Notes: generated from the letters alone by a model not told the origin. A stretch of 62,635 bases of DNA, filler included, from Kipferlia bialata (GCA_003568945.1; 5 parts of 5 records of this genome joined end to end with filler, not necessarily neighbours in it); one strand, 5' to 3'. Positions 13,735 through 27,735 are shown, numbered from the whole stretch's first letter. Translations and numbers: made by a program.

Positions 13735-16700
13735 ATGTCTGAGACTGGCCAAGGCACTCCCAGTCACACAGGGTAGGGGTATATGTATATATATATATAT
13801 ATATATATAGTGTTTCATGCATATCTGGTGGTGTCTTACCTACAATGGCAGCATGAGCAGCCAATGCGCTCCCACCATCACTGACCCCCAGTGGCTGATG
13901 GCTGTGTCAACCCTCATGCTGCACCCATCGAGGGCCTGGAGAAGGTATATATATCTCCAAAGGACGTGCTCTACCTATTTTCATATGGGTGGATACCAAT
14001 AATTATTCAAATACCCCTTTACATGTATACTCACATTTTCACCTCAGGTTGAGCAGTATCTGTGCCACCTTCTGCTGGCTCTTATACTCTGATGTGTGTA
14101 CTACATATGTATATATATGCATAAATATATATTTATACCTATTGTCGTACCCTCACCCCAGGTTGAGCAGTATCTGTGCCACCTTCTGCTGGCACTGAGG
14201 GCCACACACACTGCAGAGGGCATGGTGCCACTACTGAGAAAGGTTAGTATTTACAAAGACTAAGGATACAGTATATTTGTATACATATTTATATATACTA
14301 TTCCTCACAGCTCACACCAGGCCCTGCAGGCCCCAGTGCAGTCCAGGACCAAGACCCTCCCTCACCCTGTGGCACTGGTCACAGCACGCATCACGGCACT
14401 GACATCAACAACAGCCACAGAGGGAGAGGCAGAGGAGGAGGGTGCCGCAACCTCCTTTGCTGACGCGTTGGCCAGTGCACTGTGCACAGAGATTGATACA
14501 GGTGCATATATGTGTATATGTGTATGTATATATGTATATATAGATGTGTGATGCGTCAACTGTATCACACTGAGACTGACGCATAGACTGATGCTGATAC
14601 TGGTACTGAAATTGACACAGGTGCATATATGTGTTAGTTGTATCCACCGTCTATATGACTTTAGACACTAGACTGACACCAGCCTGCACTCTAGCCAGAG
14701 AGTCAGCCAGGGGCAGTGCCACCGATAGAGTCAACTGTAGACCAGCTGTGTCTGACCCCCTGTCCCGTATATGCGGCATCCTCTCCGCAGCTGTCTCTCC
14801 CTCGGTCTCAGTGTCACTGGCACAGGCATGCCTCACTCTATTAGAGATGCCATGCCCCAAGCACCCGGTGGCACTACTGAGGTTGGTATATATATATATA
14901 GATAGATATATATTATATTGGTATACTATATATACTCTTGGAGATACCATGCCCCANNNNNNNNNTATTATATTGGTATACTATATATACTCTTGGAGAT
15001 ACCATGCCCCAAGCACCCGGCACTACTGAGTGTGGGTGCATGTATATGTTTCTGGGAAAGATGTGGTATGTGAGATATTAAGATATTAACTGATTCTGAT
15101 TCTCAGGTCTGCCTCCCTCTGCGTGTCCAACTGTGCATCGGCACCAATGTTCGCAGACAGCAAGGTATTGATATGTCGCAATGTATATGCATATATATGT
15201 ATCTGCTATGGCACCCTGACTCCGAGGGGGACTGACTAGCCCTGTCTGTCTGTGTTGTGATGAACCATTCGCATATATATGTATATATATATATACATGT
15301 GTATGTATGTATATATATACATGCCGACTCTAGGCATTGGCTGACATGTCTGTCTGTGGTGCCAACCATACATATAATGCATTTGTTAATACTCCACTAT
15401 ATCCCCTCTCATGTATTATACAGACTGAGTCCTTTATCCTCTAACCCCAGTCCCTGACCGCCCTGTCTGTGTGTGGTGCCAACCTTCTGGTCTGTATGGC
15501 AGACAGTAGCCCACACTTAGTCATACCAGGTTTGTACTTACCCAGTAGTAGTATAGAGTGTATACGTCTACTGTTGCAGTAAACATATACATCTAGTGCA
15601 CCTTCCATACATATTGGAGAGATACTATCTTCCTTTCCCACCCACCCCAGAGCTCCTAGCCGAGTCCAGCCGTGTTGTGTCTGCATACACACAGGCACAC
15701 AGTGAGGGAGAGAGAGAGAGAGAGATGGTGGCCAGGGTGTACAGGGCAGCATTCGGGGCAGGGCTCAAGCACTCAGCTCAGCAGGTATATTATAGCATCT
15801 CCACTATGACATCGAGAGATGTCTTCTATTATCTACCTTTGAATTCATGTCATCTGACCTTCTAGGTCCGTCGCTTTGCCCTCAATGAGATTGCCCTTCT
15901 CCACTCAGTGGCAGACACTAAGATTGAGGGGCTCCTCTCAGCCAGGTATGTACACTTTGTAATACTCAGGTTTCTACAGGACTACCTCCTTGCAGTTTCC
16001 ACTCATCTCACGTAGTGATTTAGTTTATACTTCATCACGGGCTTCCCCCTAATCCCTAGGTATGTGCAGGACTACCTCCCTGTGTATTGGTGTATTACAT
16101 ATGTTCCATCATTACTATCCCCCTAACCCCCCAGGTTTGTGCAGGACTACCTGCTTGTTCAATGCCACATATAGTATACAGATGAATATAGTTTCAGCAA
16201 GACCATTATCCTTACATCCAGGTTTGTGCAGGACTACCTCCTTGTCTCCATCCAGGAGCACAGTATCGGTGTCCCTGCCCATGTTGCAGAGTGCAGAGAG
16301 GCATTCGAGAGGAGGGAGATGTTCAGACAGTTCCCAGAGTCAGGTAGTGTATATTTAGAAATACTATTTTCACATTTCTGCTATCCTTCCTCAACTCCAT
16401 AGTGCGGGAGATGACTATTCGTGCCGTTCTAATGTGACTCCCACTTCATTGTCATGCTGAAGTGCGTTTTTACCCCCAGGCAGTGTGCTGGATGAGTCTG
16501 AGCCTGAGGGTGTGTATGAGGGAATGAGGACAACTAGGTATGGGGGTGGTGTCAAGGTATTAACAATAATTATATATATGTGTGTGGATGTAACCTCAGT
16601 GCCTTTGTCGAGTCCATTGTGTCTGGCGTCCGTAAGCGTGTCAACAAGGCCCCCCATGACCCATGCAGTGTGGGAGGGGGGGCAGACAGAACAGCACCCT

Positions 16701-19700
16701 GCCTCGATGACCTCCACTCAAAGTATGTTCGATATTGATTCATATAGGATTTCTCCAGATACTCTGTTTACTCAACGTACGCTATTGGGTTATGCGCTCA
16801 CATGTGTATATCCACATCCTCTCACCCCCCCAGGACCCTTGACCGCCTCATCAGAGATGTCACAAAGTGCATCATCGCTCAGTCACTCAAGGTATTTGCA
16901 GTTGTAGATATACTGGAGTCCAACCACTAAGCACATAGTATTGTCACCTCACCCCTTCAAGTCTTTGACACTGCTGTCTAGTCCTACTTTTCATGAAGAT
17001 ATGTAGACGTCTACCAATTCTGACACCAAAAGGTCTTTGACGCCGCTGTCTCCCTTGGCTCCAAGACATTCTCCCCCGCCCTGTGTTTCTTTGGCAGCGA
17101 GAGGGCACTTCTGCTGTCCCTGTCGGCATCTCTGTACCTGTCAATGACACCAGAGGGGTTGTACGAAGGTACAGACAGCGCAGTCAGTATATATATCCTA
17201 CTCTACTCTCCATTTACATATATATATACAGCCTCACCCCCTAGCCATGTCTGTCCCTGAGACACTATCAGCTATTCAGTGCATCATTACTACCATTGCT
17301 ACCTACTCATTACTCACCCCCTAGCCATGTCTGGGCCTGATGGCGAGGCAGGCCCTGTCTGGATACACGAGAGACAGGTATATTTATTTTCCCTATATAT
17401 TGGGAACAGATACCCATATATCCGTCAGTGTGTAGTCTTAGTCTCATTGTCCTTACCCCTTCAGGTCCTTGTGAGCACCCTGTCCCTGTCATGTGTGTAT
17501 GTATATATACTGATACTGATACTACTCCATACATTATAATGCATACACATTGGTTGCTTGTCTAACCCTCCAGGTCCTAGTTGGCACCCTGTCCCTGTCC
17601 ATGCTGTCCTGTGGGTCAGCATCAGACGCTCAGGTAGGAAGATACTCAGCACAGAGTGGACATATACTATTTCACTTAATCAGCATCAGACGCTAAGGTG
17701 GGGAGAGGGAGTGTCTGATAATCTGTCAAGAGTGGAAATGACTCTAATAGCCTTAATCACTGGACTGTGATGCCAGGTGGCAGTATTAATTAATATCCCG
17801 CCGCATGACCTTCTCACCCATCTCCCTATGTGTATATATCCCTCCTCACCCCTAGCTGGACTATCAGTCCCTCCTCCACTCCGCCTCTCGTGTCATGTCT
17901 GTCCCCAAGCCCCCCTTCTCGGCCAGCGACAGAGTCTATGTGGTATCCATGTACTGTGCCACCCTAGTCAAGTCCATGTCCACACACCTAGCCCTGGGGG
18001 GTGAGGTGGTGCCTATGCTGCTGGAGTCACTGGGTATGCTACCTGTACCGGCATGTGCCCTGGTACTGAGGGAGTTGAGACGCTCTCTCCTCACTGCACC
18101 TGAGCATATTAAGGGTGTAGATGTATCTCACGCTGCCCTGATGGCTGCCATCCTAGGCTCCCTATCCTTAGACACCCAGTCCCCTCTGGAGCTGTCTGTC
18201 CTGGCAGCTCTCTCTCCCTCCCCCATCCCCATACCCATATCCCCCACTAATGATACCTTCCAGACCCTTGTCTCTGCAGTTGGGTACGGTGTCCCAGAGA
18301 CACTAGGTGATAGAGTCAGACAGGGTGTGATGATGGCACTTAAGGGTGTGGAGGGATGCCCTCTCTCCATAGTCTCCCATGTGCATCAGATGTCATCCCT
18401 GACTGATACAGACATTGAGGGGCTAGATGAGTGTGTGTCTAGTGCATCTCTTGGCAGTGTGGAGCAGAGAGCTGCCCTGACCCTAGTATGTGCACTGAAT
18501 GGGCAGGAGAGGCATGTCAACTTCGCAAAGGAGCAGGTGCGTTGTTGTCTCACTCTGGTATAGATACCAGGTGTGTTTGTGTGTTCTAACCTCCAGATCC
18601 CTGCCCTCCTCCCCCTCCTCGACCCCAGTCAGCCACTCCCAATGCTGCTAGTAGGTGGGGATCGGTACTCTACTATAGTGTTAGAATGGCAATGCCTACA
18701 GTATCAGTGCATTAGTGTTCATTGATACACTGATACTCACCTCCAGGCAAGGCCCTGAGGCACCTGGGTACCCTGCCCTCCCCCCTGCCCCCTCTGCCCA
18801 TGCCCAAGACACTGGAAGAGGCCATACCTGTATTCACACTGTGCGTCAGTCTGTGTCTGGCATGTGCCACAGTGGATGCAAGGTATTAATATACATATAT
18901 ATATCATACTTGTATATATATATATATATATATATACATATATGAATGTATATATATATAGATGTGTCAGTGTGTCAGTCTGGCATGTGCCACGGTGGAT
19001 GCTAGATATATATTTATATATCATACACTACTCATATATATTTGTATATATAGGTGCGTATACGTATATATATATCAGTGTCAGTCTGTGTCTGGCATGT
19101 GTCATTAGTGGATGCCAGGTACATACATTGTACTGCAAGAGTATGTGTTCTCTCACTCTGTCCCGTTCTGACCCCTCAGGGATGGATCCAACCTGTGTGT
19201 GGCATATGTGGAGAAGGGTGAGTATTGGACACACACCTACATGTTTGCGTTTACATACTGGTTGTATCATGGATTGACACTTCTGACTAAATACTCCCAT
19301 ACTTCCCCTCATCCCAGCCCTTGCCATCGGTGTCAAGTACAAGCGTCGCTTTGCATCCACCCTCAGGTATATGGTAATTTCACATTATTCAGATGTCAGA
19401 GAATCGTGTCTATCTATGGTATGTAGTATTACTTTTATAGTACAGCAATTGGTGACATACCCTTACATGTAGGAGAGGGGTGGGTGAGATCCTTGGCTCC
19501 AGGGACTTCCTCCTGGCAGCCACAAGGAGTGAGACAGTCAGAGGTATGTATACACTGTATATCATACATGAATTCTGTATACTGACACTATTTCAGTCAT
19601 TGTGTGGAATAGTTGCAACAAGGAGTGAGACAGTCAGAGGTGTGTATATGTGTAAATGGTAGATATAGATGAGTATCATTCTCTTCATCTCACCCACAGC

Positions 19701-22700
19701 TTCCTATGTCTCCCTGTGCACCAGCGCCCTATCATATTCTTCTTTATTCTTCTAGTCTCTTTCTCCGATATATATATAGACATATGTGTGTGTATTAGTA
19801 TGGATACATTTGTGTCTCACTCCCAGCTTCCTATGTCTCTCTGTGCACCAGTGCCCTGTCTGATGCTGTCAACCACCTGTCCAGTGTGCATCCCTCACTC
19901 ATGCCGGTATTGGAGGTATGTGGAATAATAAGTGATGTGTGTGTATTTCACACACATATAGTAGTGTTCTCAAACACATATTCTATGCCTCTCACCCCTA
20001 GACCCTCTCTGCCATGCGTCAGTCCGAGGCCGAGGAGTGTCTGCCCACTGTACTACCCCTGGTGCTCAGCTGCATATTCATGACAGTCGACACAGAGAGG
20101 TATCGGCTCTGGATATTGTATGTATGTAACATAGTTCTCTTCTTATAGAATATTGTGAACTATGCGACAGTAGACACGAGTCATTAATTATAGGCGCTGT
20201 ATAATATATGTACACAGTGTGTATATACATGTACTCTCACCCCCAGTGGTCTCCCCCCTGCCCCCATGTTGGCTGGAGCTGTCCAGTCTCTGGATGATAT
20301 ATATTGTATATCCATATATATATATATATATATATATAGATAGATAGATATTGAATGATAGATATACTCTAACCTAAGTGGTCTGCCTCCTGCCCCCATG
20401 CTGGCTGGTGCTGTCCAGTCCCTAGATGAGGCATCTCTAGTGGGGCCAGCAGAGGCACCAATCCTGTCCACATACGCACTCAGGCTCAAGGTAATCATAT
20501 ATATATGTATATATATATATACAATGTCTCTGTACGTACATGTCTGAGGCACCGATCCTGTCCACATACGCACTCAGGCTGAAGGTAATCATATATATAT
20601 GTATATTTATATATACAATGTCTCTGTACGTATATGTCTGAGGCACCAATCCTGTCCACATACGCACTCAGGCTCAAGATGTGCAGATGTATATATATAT
20701 ATATATATATATATACATTGTACATTATTGCATTTCCCATGTCTCTATATGCAGAGGCACCAATCCTGTCCACATACGCACTCAGGCTCAAGGTAATGCA
20801 TGTATTTGTATATATATTACTGCAAATTACCAAGTGTATTTGTACATCGGATCTTTAGGCCATCTCTGCCCTACCTATGCCTATAGATATTCATTATAGA
20901 ACAACACAGTCTTGTACTATCGGGGTACTATCTCACTCTCAGGCCGTCTCTGCCCTGCACCGCATTGTGTCCATTGTATATATCTATCTATATATGTTTA
21001 TTATGTTATAGTGTATGTGGATACATATATACTGCACATGTCTCACTCTCAGGCAGTCTCTGCCCTGCACCGTATTGTGTCCAATGTCCAATGTTTATTG
21101 TATATATTATATTATAGTGTATGTGTATTCATAGACTGTACATGTCTCATCCCCAGGCCGTCTCTGCCCTCCACCGCATTGTGTCCAATGCCCCTCCCTC
21201 CGTGGCATCTAGTGTGTTTGTGATGGGGGTGGACATCATGAACGCTAGAGATACAGGTATGTATATGATACATGTAGGAGTCATGTCCTTCTTTGTGTCC
21301 ATCATATTACGTTTAACTCCAGCTGCCTCTGGGGCTCTCTCCCCCCTCTCTGCCTCCTGTCCCGTTGGCATATTCAACACAGTCTGTCCACAGGCCATCA
21401 TGCAGCCAGACAAGAAGGTAGAGTAGTGTATGTGTTGAAATATTATAATGATATATAGATGTATATTCAAAGGTAATAATATTGTAGCCAGACAAGAAGG
21501 TGTTACACGCATGTAGATACGAATGTATTAGATATATAGATGAATGTTTATAGATAATAATAATAGATGAATCTATGTGTATACATCTAACCCCCAGGCC
21601 TCCACGTGGGGTGCCCCTGCCCGTGGTCTGCAGCACATCCAGCGGTGCATGAGGATGGTTGTATCCCATGCCACGCCCACCCCTGCCCTGGGTGCTGCCC
21701 TGTCCTCTCTCTTTGGATCACTGGTGGGGACAGGCTGGGCCAGGGAGACTAGGTATAGATGGGTATATGTATATATACAATAGTATATACATAATTGTAG
21801 TTGATTATATGTATCGGTGTCTATATCTCTATATCACTGGTGGGTACAACAGGGTGGGTCATTGTTACTACAGTATTATCGTATTATGCTCTCACCCCCT
21901 CATGGAGACTGTGGAGCAGACCATCACTCTTCATATATATCCATGAATAGATGATTGTATGGGGATGTATTACTACAGTATCATACTATGCTCTCACCCC
22001 CCAGGGAGACTGTGGAGCAGACCATCGCGGCTGCCCTCCTCAGATACCCTGACCCCCATGCTGCACTGTACACTCTGTTCAAGGAGGTATGGATGGATGT
22101 ATATGTGTGTATATATATATGTGTGTTTATATATATATGTATATATATATAGACAGAGAGAGAGAAAGTACATATATCCCTGACCCCCTTTGCTACACTC
22201 TGTCCAAGGAGGTATGGGTGGATTTATATGTACTCACCCTCAACGTCATATATATTATCACTCTTGGGCAATGTGGGCCATCCTCTAGACACATATCAGC
22301 ATGGATAGTGATGAATACATTGACACCTATGTATATTCCTTCTCCCACCCCCAGGGCAACGTGGGACATGATCTAGACACGTATCAGCTAACATATATAT
22401 ATATATGTATATATATATGTATATATATATGTATATATACATATTCCTTCTCTCACCCCAGGGCAACGTGGGCCATGCCCTGGGTGCAGGTGGCACCCCA
22501 TACGCACAGGCCAGCTGCGTCATAGCAGGTATGTATGTATATATGTGAGTGTGTGTGTGAGAGAGAGAGAGACGTTGTCCCCCCCTTACCCCAGGTCTTG
22601 TCACCTTCCAGACTGTGGTCCTAAAGGGTCAAGACGCCATGTCCACCGTTGACTTGGTCAGACTCATATCCCCTGCCCTACTGGCCGGTACCCACTCTGT

Positions 22701-25700
22701 CAGACCAGCAGCATTTGCAGTGGTGCTACAGCTGCACGAGGCTGCGGTGGCTCAGGTGGGTATAATGGAGTGATATACGATAGTAGTCTCATGGCACTAT
22801 ATCGGCATGTTAAATGGGTTTCCTTTGTCTATTCACCTCTTACCTCTTCTCTCACTCCTAGGAGGCTGCCAACCCCACAGTGGGAGGGGGCATGACCAAG
22901 CCTGAGAGGTGGCTCCAGGTATGGCATATGTAGTAGTGATACTCAATGAAGCCGGTTATTCCATTGCTATTGCATAGCATCCATCTAACCCCCTAGGCCG
23001 TCGGCCTGTCCTAGTATCAGTCAATCTGAGTGTATATATTATGTAATCCATCTAACCCCCTAGGCCGTCGGCCTGTCCCCCGAGATGGTTCAGACCATGG
23101 ACATGCACTTCAGAGTCACATCCGCACAGGCAAAGTTCAGGTATTGAATGTATATCATCTAAAGATGTAAGAGGGGTGTGTTCTGTATATAGACAGAGTA
23201 TTGTGGCTTTAGAGTCACCTCCGCACAGGCTAAGTTCAGGTGGGTATTGAACGTAGTATATTTCTTCTTTTACTAGGAAATTGAAAACGGCTATTTGGGG
23301 TATGTATGTTGATTAAGAGTGAAGATTCCATGCACTCACCCCAGGGAGCTGTTCCGTGTCATGACCCCAGCCGAGGGGATGCAACACGCATGTCTGCCAG
23401 GTATCAATGGTGATGGGTATATTGAATCTACCATGTCTATGATATCGTTCTAACTTCATTTTGTTGATCGTATCATTACCATGCATGTCTGCTAGGTATC
23501 AATGGTGATGGGTATAGTGGATGATATGGCATTGCCACACCCCACTGATTCTAGTTGCACTTCTTACCTATACGTGTCAGTTTTGACACCTCATTCACCC
23601 GAGACCCTAATACTGCCTACACCGTGTCCTATATATATATGTATATATACTATCCTAGTCACTAGTTAAACACATCCAGTATATATATCATAACCAACCC
23701 CAGACCCCAATGCTGCCTACACCGTCTCCGTGTCCGACCTCTACCACTCAGCTGACAAGGGAGGGGTGGCTGCGTTCAAGACAGCAGCAGCACTCGGAAA
23801 GTGAGTTCGGATCATCCTCTCTCTCTAACGATATACCACCCTCCCCTGCCCCCTTCCTTCTCTCTCTCTCTATATGTAAATATACATATCTGTATCCTCA
23901 CCCCCCAGGGCCTATGACCTCCTTGGCGAGCTGAGGAACAGAGAGCTGGAGGTGGTGGCAGCGGCTGCAAAGGTACATATCTAGTGTCTACATATGACAT
24001 ATACATTCATCATGGATATGTATGTATTCATATGCAGAGCTGGAGGTGGTGGCAGCGGCTGCAAAGGTATTCATATATACTTGGAAATTGTTGAAATTGC
24101 AATGTATGACTGATAGGTCTCTTCTAGTTGAGAGTTATCATACGTAGGATCATCACTGCATATGTCATTGTTGCTATATCAGACATTGATTCTCACCCCC
24201 CAGGCCGCCAATGTGGAGAGAGAGGCCCTCCTGAGACAAAAGATTGAGAAGGACAGGGAGAGAGAGGTCAATGTCCTAGTTGCACCCGAGAGCCCACCTG
24301 CACAGAGACCGGCAGAGGGAGAGGGAGAGAGAGAGAGAGAGAGAGAGGCTGTCCCTGAGAAGGAGGGTGATACTGAGATGGTGGTCAGGCAGAGGAAGAT
24401 TATGGTGGAGGCGCCCACCGAGAAGGTATCGTGTAGTTTTGTGCCTATCGACATATATATGCTTGTATTGTCTCACCTCTAGGCTGCCGCTGAGATGTTG
24501 GCTGTGTCCACCCCTGAGACTGATGAGACATCATCCACCAAGGAGTGTATTGTGTGTGCCTCTCTGCTGGACAAGCCACCCAACCTGGGGGGACTCGCTA
24601 GATCAGGTGAGGGATGATACTTGTAGAATACTCGAGTGTTTACTATCTGAAGTATGGGTATATAGTCATGGATGTGTTGAATATGACTGTACATGTTAAC
24701 TCCTGCTGAGATCTTTGGCATACCATGTAAGTATCATCTACCCGACTCGGCTAGCACAAATGTCGTACCTATACATATGTATATATATACCTGTTAACCC
24801 CAGCTGAGATCTTTGGCATGTCGAGCCTTGTCCTTCCATCCCTGTCAGTCACAGGGGACCCGGTGTTTAAGGTATATATAGAGTGGCTTAATCATATGTA
24901 TTGTATCGTATTCTTACTGGAATCCAGTCACAGGGGACCCGGTCTTCAATATGGGGCATGCCCAATGACACGTGTATTCTAGATGCTTACTCACCTATGT
25001 TCATACTCACCCTAGGCCCTGAGTGTGTCTGCCCACCTTCACGTACCACTGCAGGCTGTCCCCCCTAGTGACCTTAGGCCATGGCTCAGACAGAAGCAGA
25101 GGGAGGGGTATGCCCTGGTGGCACTGGAGCAGGTGTGGTACATATTATCCATAAGTATAGATGTTCAATTTATCATATACTGTCTTGATACTTTGTTTCT
25201 GTATGCCCTGGTGGCTCTGGAGCAGGTGGGTGTCACCGGTGTACCTTAGTATTTGTTGTTGTGTTGTATCTGTTGGGCGTATAGATGCCACCCATATCAC
25301 CATCACCTTACCCCAGTGTGAGACCAGTGTGTCCCTCGAGAGTGCCTCCCTTCCAGCTAGATGTGTCATAGTGCTAGGCAATGAGAGAGAGGGAGCACCA
25401 GACGACATACTGGGTAGGGTCTACTACATATATATCGCTACCTATACATCCCATTGTGTATATAGCATTGCAGTCTTCCTCCTTGACTCCTAGGCATGTC
25501 TGACCTCCATGTCCCCCTTGATCCATCTCTCTCTCTCTCTATCTATCTCTCTCTTTCTCTCTCCCTCTCACCCCTAGGCATGTGTGATCTCCATGTTGAG
25601 ATCCCCCAGCTCGGATGCATCAGGTGGGTACATTGCAGTATTATATCAATACATAACTGTTTCAATATATTCATATAGATTTATGGTTAGTGGTCTCTAT

Positions 25701-26062
25701 CACTATCCAGCTCGGATGCATCATGTGGGCGACGGATACTCTACATGGTTTCAATACAATATGTATTTTCCCTCATCAGTCACCCTCTGAATATACACAC
25801 TGATGTTATCCCTCTCTAGCTATACTATTGTTTTTAGTCCCCCCCCCCCCTGACAACTATTATACCTCTTTCCCCAGGTCTCTGAATGTGCACACTGCAG
25901 CTATATATATACACATATAGATTTGTATATATATATATATAGTATATATATATAGTATTAGTATATATATATATATATCTTTCCCCTCACCTTAGGTCTC
26001 TGAATGTGCACACTGCGGCTGTCCTCCTAGAGTGGAGGTGGATATCCCAGCACAAGCTGTAG
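13735..26062 (+). CDS. TARBP1: TARBP1/Trm3-type tRNA (guanosine-18 2'-O)-methyltransferase: long helical N-terminus plus C-terminal SpoU domain; 5' end probably off contig
   Basis: Spliced C-terminus: ECIVCASLLDKPPNLGGLARS|AEIFGMSSLVLPSLSVTGDPVFK|ALSVSAHLHVP..GYALVALEQ|CETSVSLESASLPARCVIVLGNEREGAPDDIL|GMCDLHVEIPQLGCIR|SLNVHTAAVLLEWRWISQHKL*. All three SpoU motifs are present. About 11 kb of upstream same-strand exons fit the large Trm3/TARBP1 size. Confidence 0.88.
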
Positions 26063-26816
26063 GAGGGGCAGGAGTCAAGTACCCTTGGACCACCGACAGT
26101 GACGCATTGCACGATACACTGTCGGTACTCCCTTCTTGATACGGTGACACGTGTCTCGCGGCTAGAGATTAGACCTTAGGACGATCCTCAGAAGCTTTGC
26201 AGGCAGACCAGTATTGTCTGTTCTTAACCATCACATTTGTACAACCGGTCGGTATCGGGGACATGCATCCCCCTGACCGTCAATAGAACGTTCGTGTCAC
26301 TATTCCTCCTGGTAGTTTGACTCCGTCGAACACAGTTAACCACATGGTTGGATTCTACTGAGACCCGTGAATCGGGAGACCGCATTTGTGATACGTTGCT
26401 ATCTGCATCGACCGTCGCTAGCAAAGTAGGTAAAACTGCTTTAATAGCTGTGTGAATTACACACTGTGTAACACACAAATCCAGCCACACTACGGTCCGA
26501 CATAGATACACGTCCACGCATCATAGTATACCAAAGGAAGTACGGTTGGCAGCAGTGACCCTACTACATCTAGGATCGTGAACATAAGCTATCCGATTGA
26601 GGCGAATAGGTGGTTTTGACGTCCAAAGTTTGGCACTTTGCTCCATTCCCAAATGTATACTTGTCAATGTGTCCATAGTGAAATTGCTGCTGAACTGTGT
26701 AACAGTAAGACACTGCCTCATACTAAACTTGTTCTCTAAATGTCATAGTCTAGCAGGCCAAACAAGCTGAATGTAGAGACACCATCATGTGACCAGGCAC
26801 CACACTTACAGCCCAT

Positions 26817-27352
26817 CTATGTATATTCAACATCACCAAACACCTCAGGGAGAGTGTCTGTGCGTACTAAGTAGGCATGGTTCTGGTCTGCCACTAGAAG
26901 GATGTGGGTGGGACTGAGCACACACAAGGTGGCATAGTAGCTTGCTCGGGTCTCCAGCCGTACCCAATCCTTCGTCTCCCACTCACCAGACACTACGTCA
27001 TAAGTATGTATGGCCACTATCGTGTCCGTGGCCCCTTTAGCTCCTATGATGACATGACTGGTGGTACCAATTGACATGCGGCGATACTCTTTGAGTGGAG
27101 TAGGGGTGTCTTTCACCCATGGAGAGTGAATGAATTCTGATCTCACGTAGGGGGCTGAGAAGTGGTCATTTGTGTAGCTGCCTGTGTCACTACGGAGCAT
27201 ACCGAAGATGTGTGGTACACCAGATACAGTCACACACTCAAGAAGACTCATCGGATAGGGTAGGTCCCGTAGTCTAGTCCAAGTCTGCTGCACTGTATCA
27301 TACTCCCACACAGAGTCGTGACCTCCATGTGTACCGCGGTACCCACCAGCCA
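26817..27352 (-). CDS. Kelch-repeat protein, intronless in the visible part, 5' end off contig
   Basis: Open frame from the contig edge: AGGYRGTHGGHDSVWEYDTVQQTWTRLRDLPYPM..VPHIFG..IHTYDVVSGEWET, which are Kelch GG/YD/W motifs. Confidence 0.8.
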
Positions 27353-27452
27353 NNNNNNNNNNNNNNNNNNNNNNNNNNNNNNNNNNNNNNNNNNNNTTAA
27401 TTAATTAANNNNNNNNNNNNNNNNNNNNNNNNNNNNNNNNNNNNNNNNNNNN
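27353..27452. other. Artificial contig linker
   Basis: N44-TTAATTAATTAA-N44. Confidence 0.97.
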
Positions 27453-27735
27453 CCAGGGAGGAGAGGTATCACCATTAGTAGGGCCTGGTGGGGGGGGGGG
27501 GGAGAGGAGATGTCACTAGTCTGGAGATGTCTCTGTATGACACCAGGTTCTGATGGGGATGAGATTGTGGTCTGGTGTTTGTGTTTCCCATATGTCTGTT
27601 GTATATGTTGGTTCGTTGGTGTGTCTTCTTGTTGGTGGTGCACACTTGCTTGACCGATTGAGTTTGTGTTCATGCATATATGTCTCCACTACTCTGTCTG
27701 GCCAGAGTTCATTTCTCTCATACCTGACCCCTCAG

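Noticed and set aside
26205..26235. Weak resemblance to the U2 snRNA GTAGTATCTGTTCTT region
   Set aside because: The branch-pairing GTAGTA is not intact and the flanking U2 stems are not evident.
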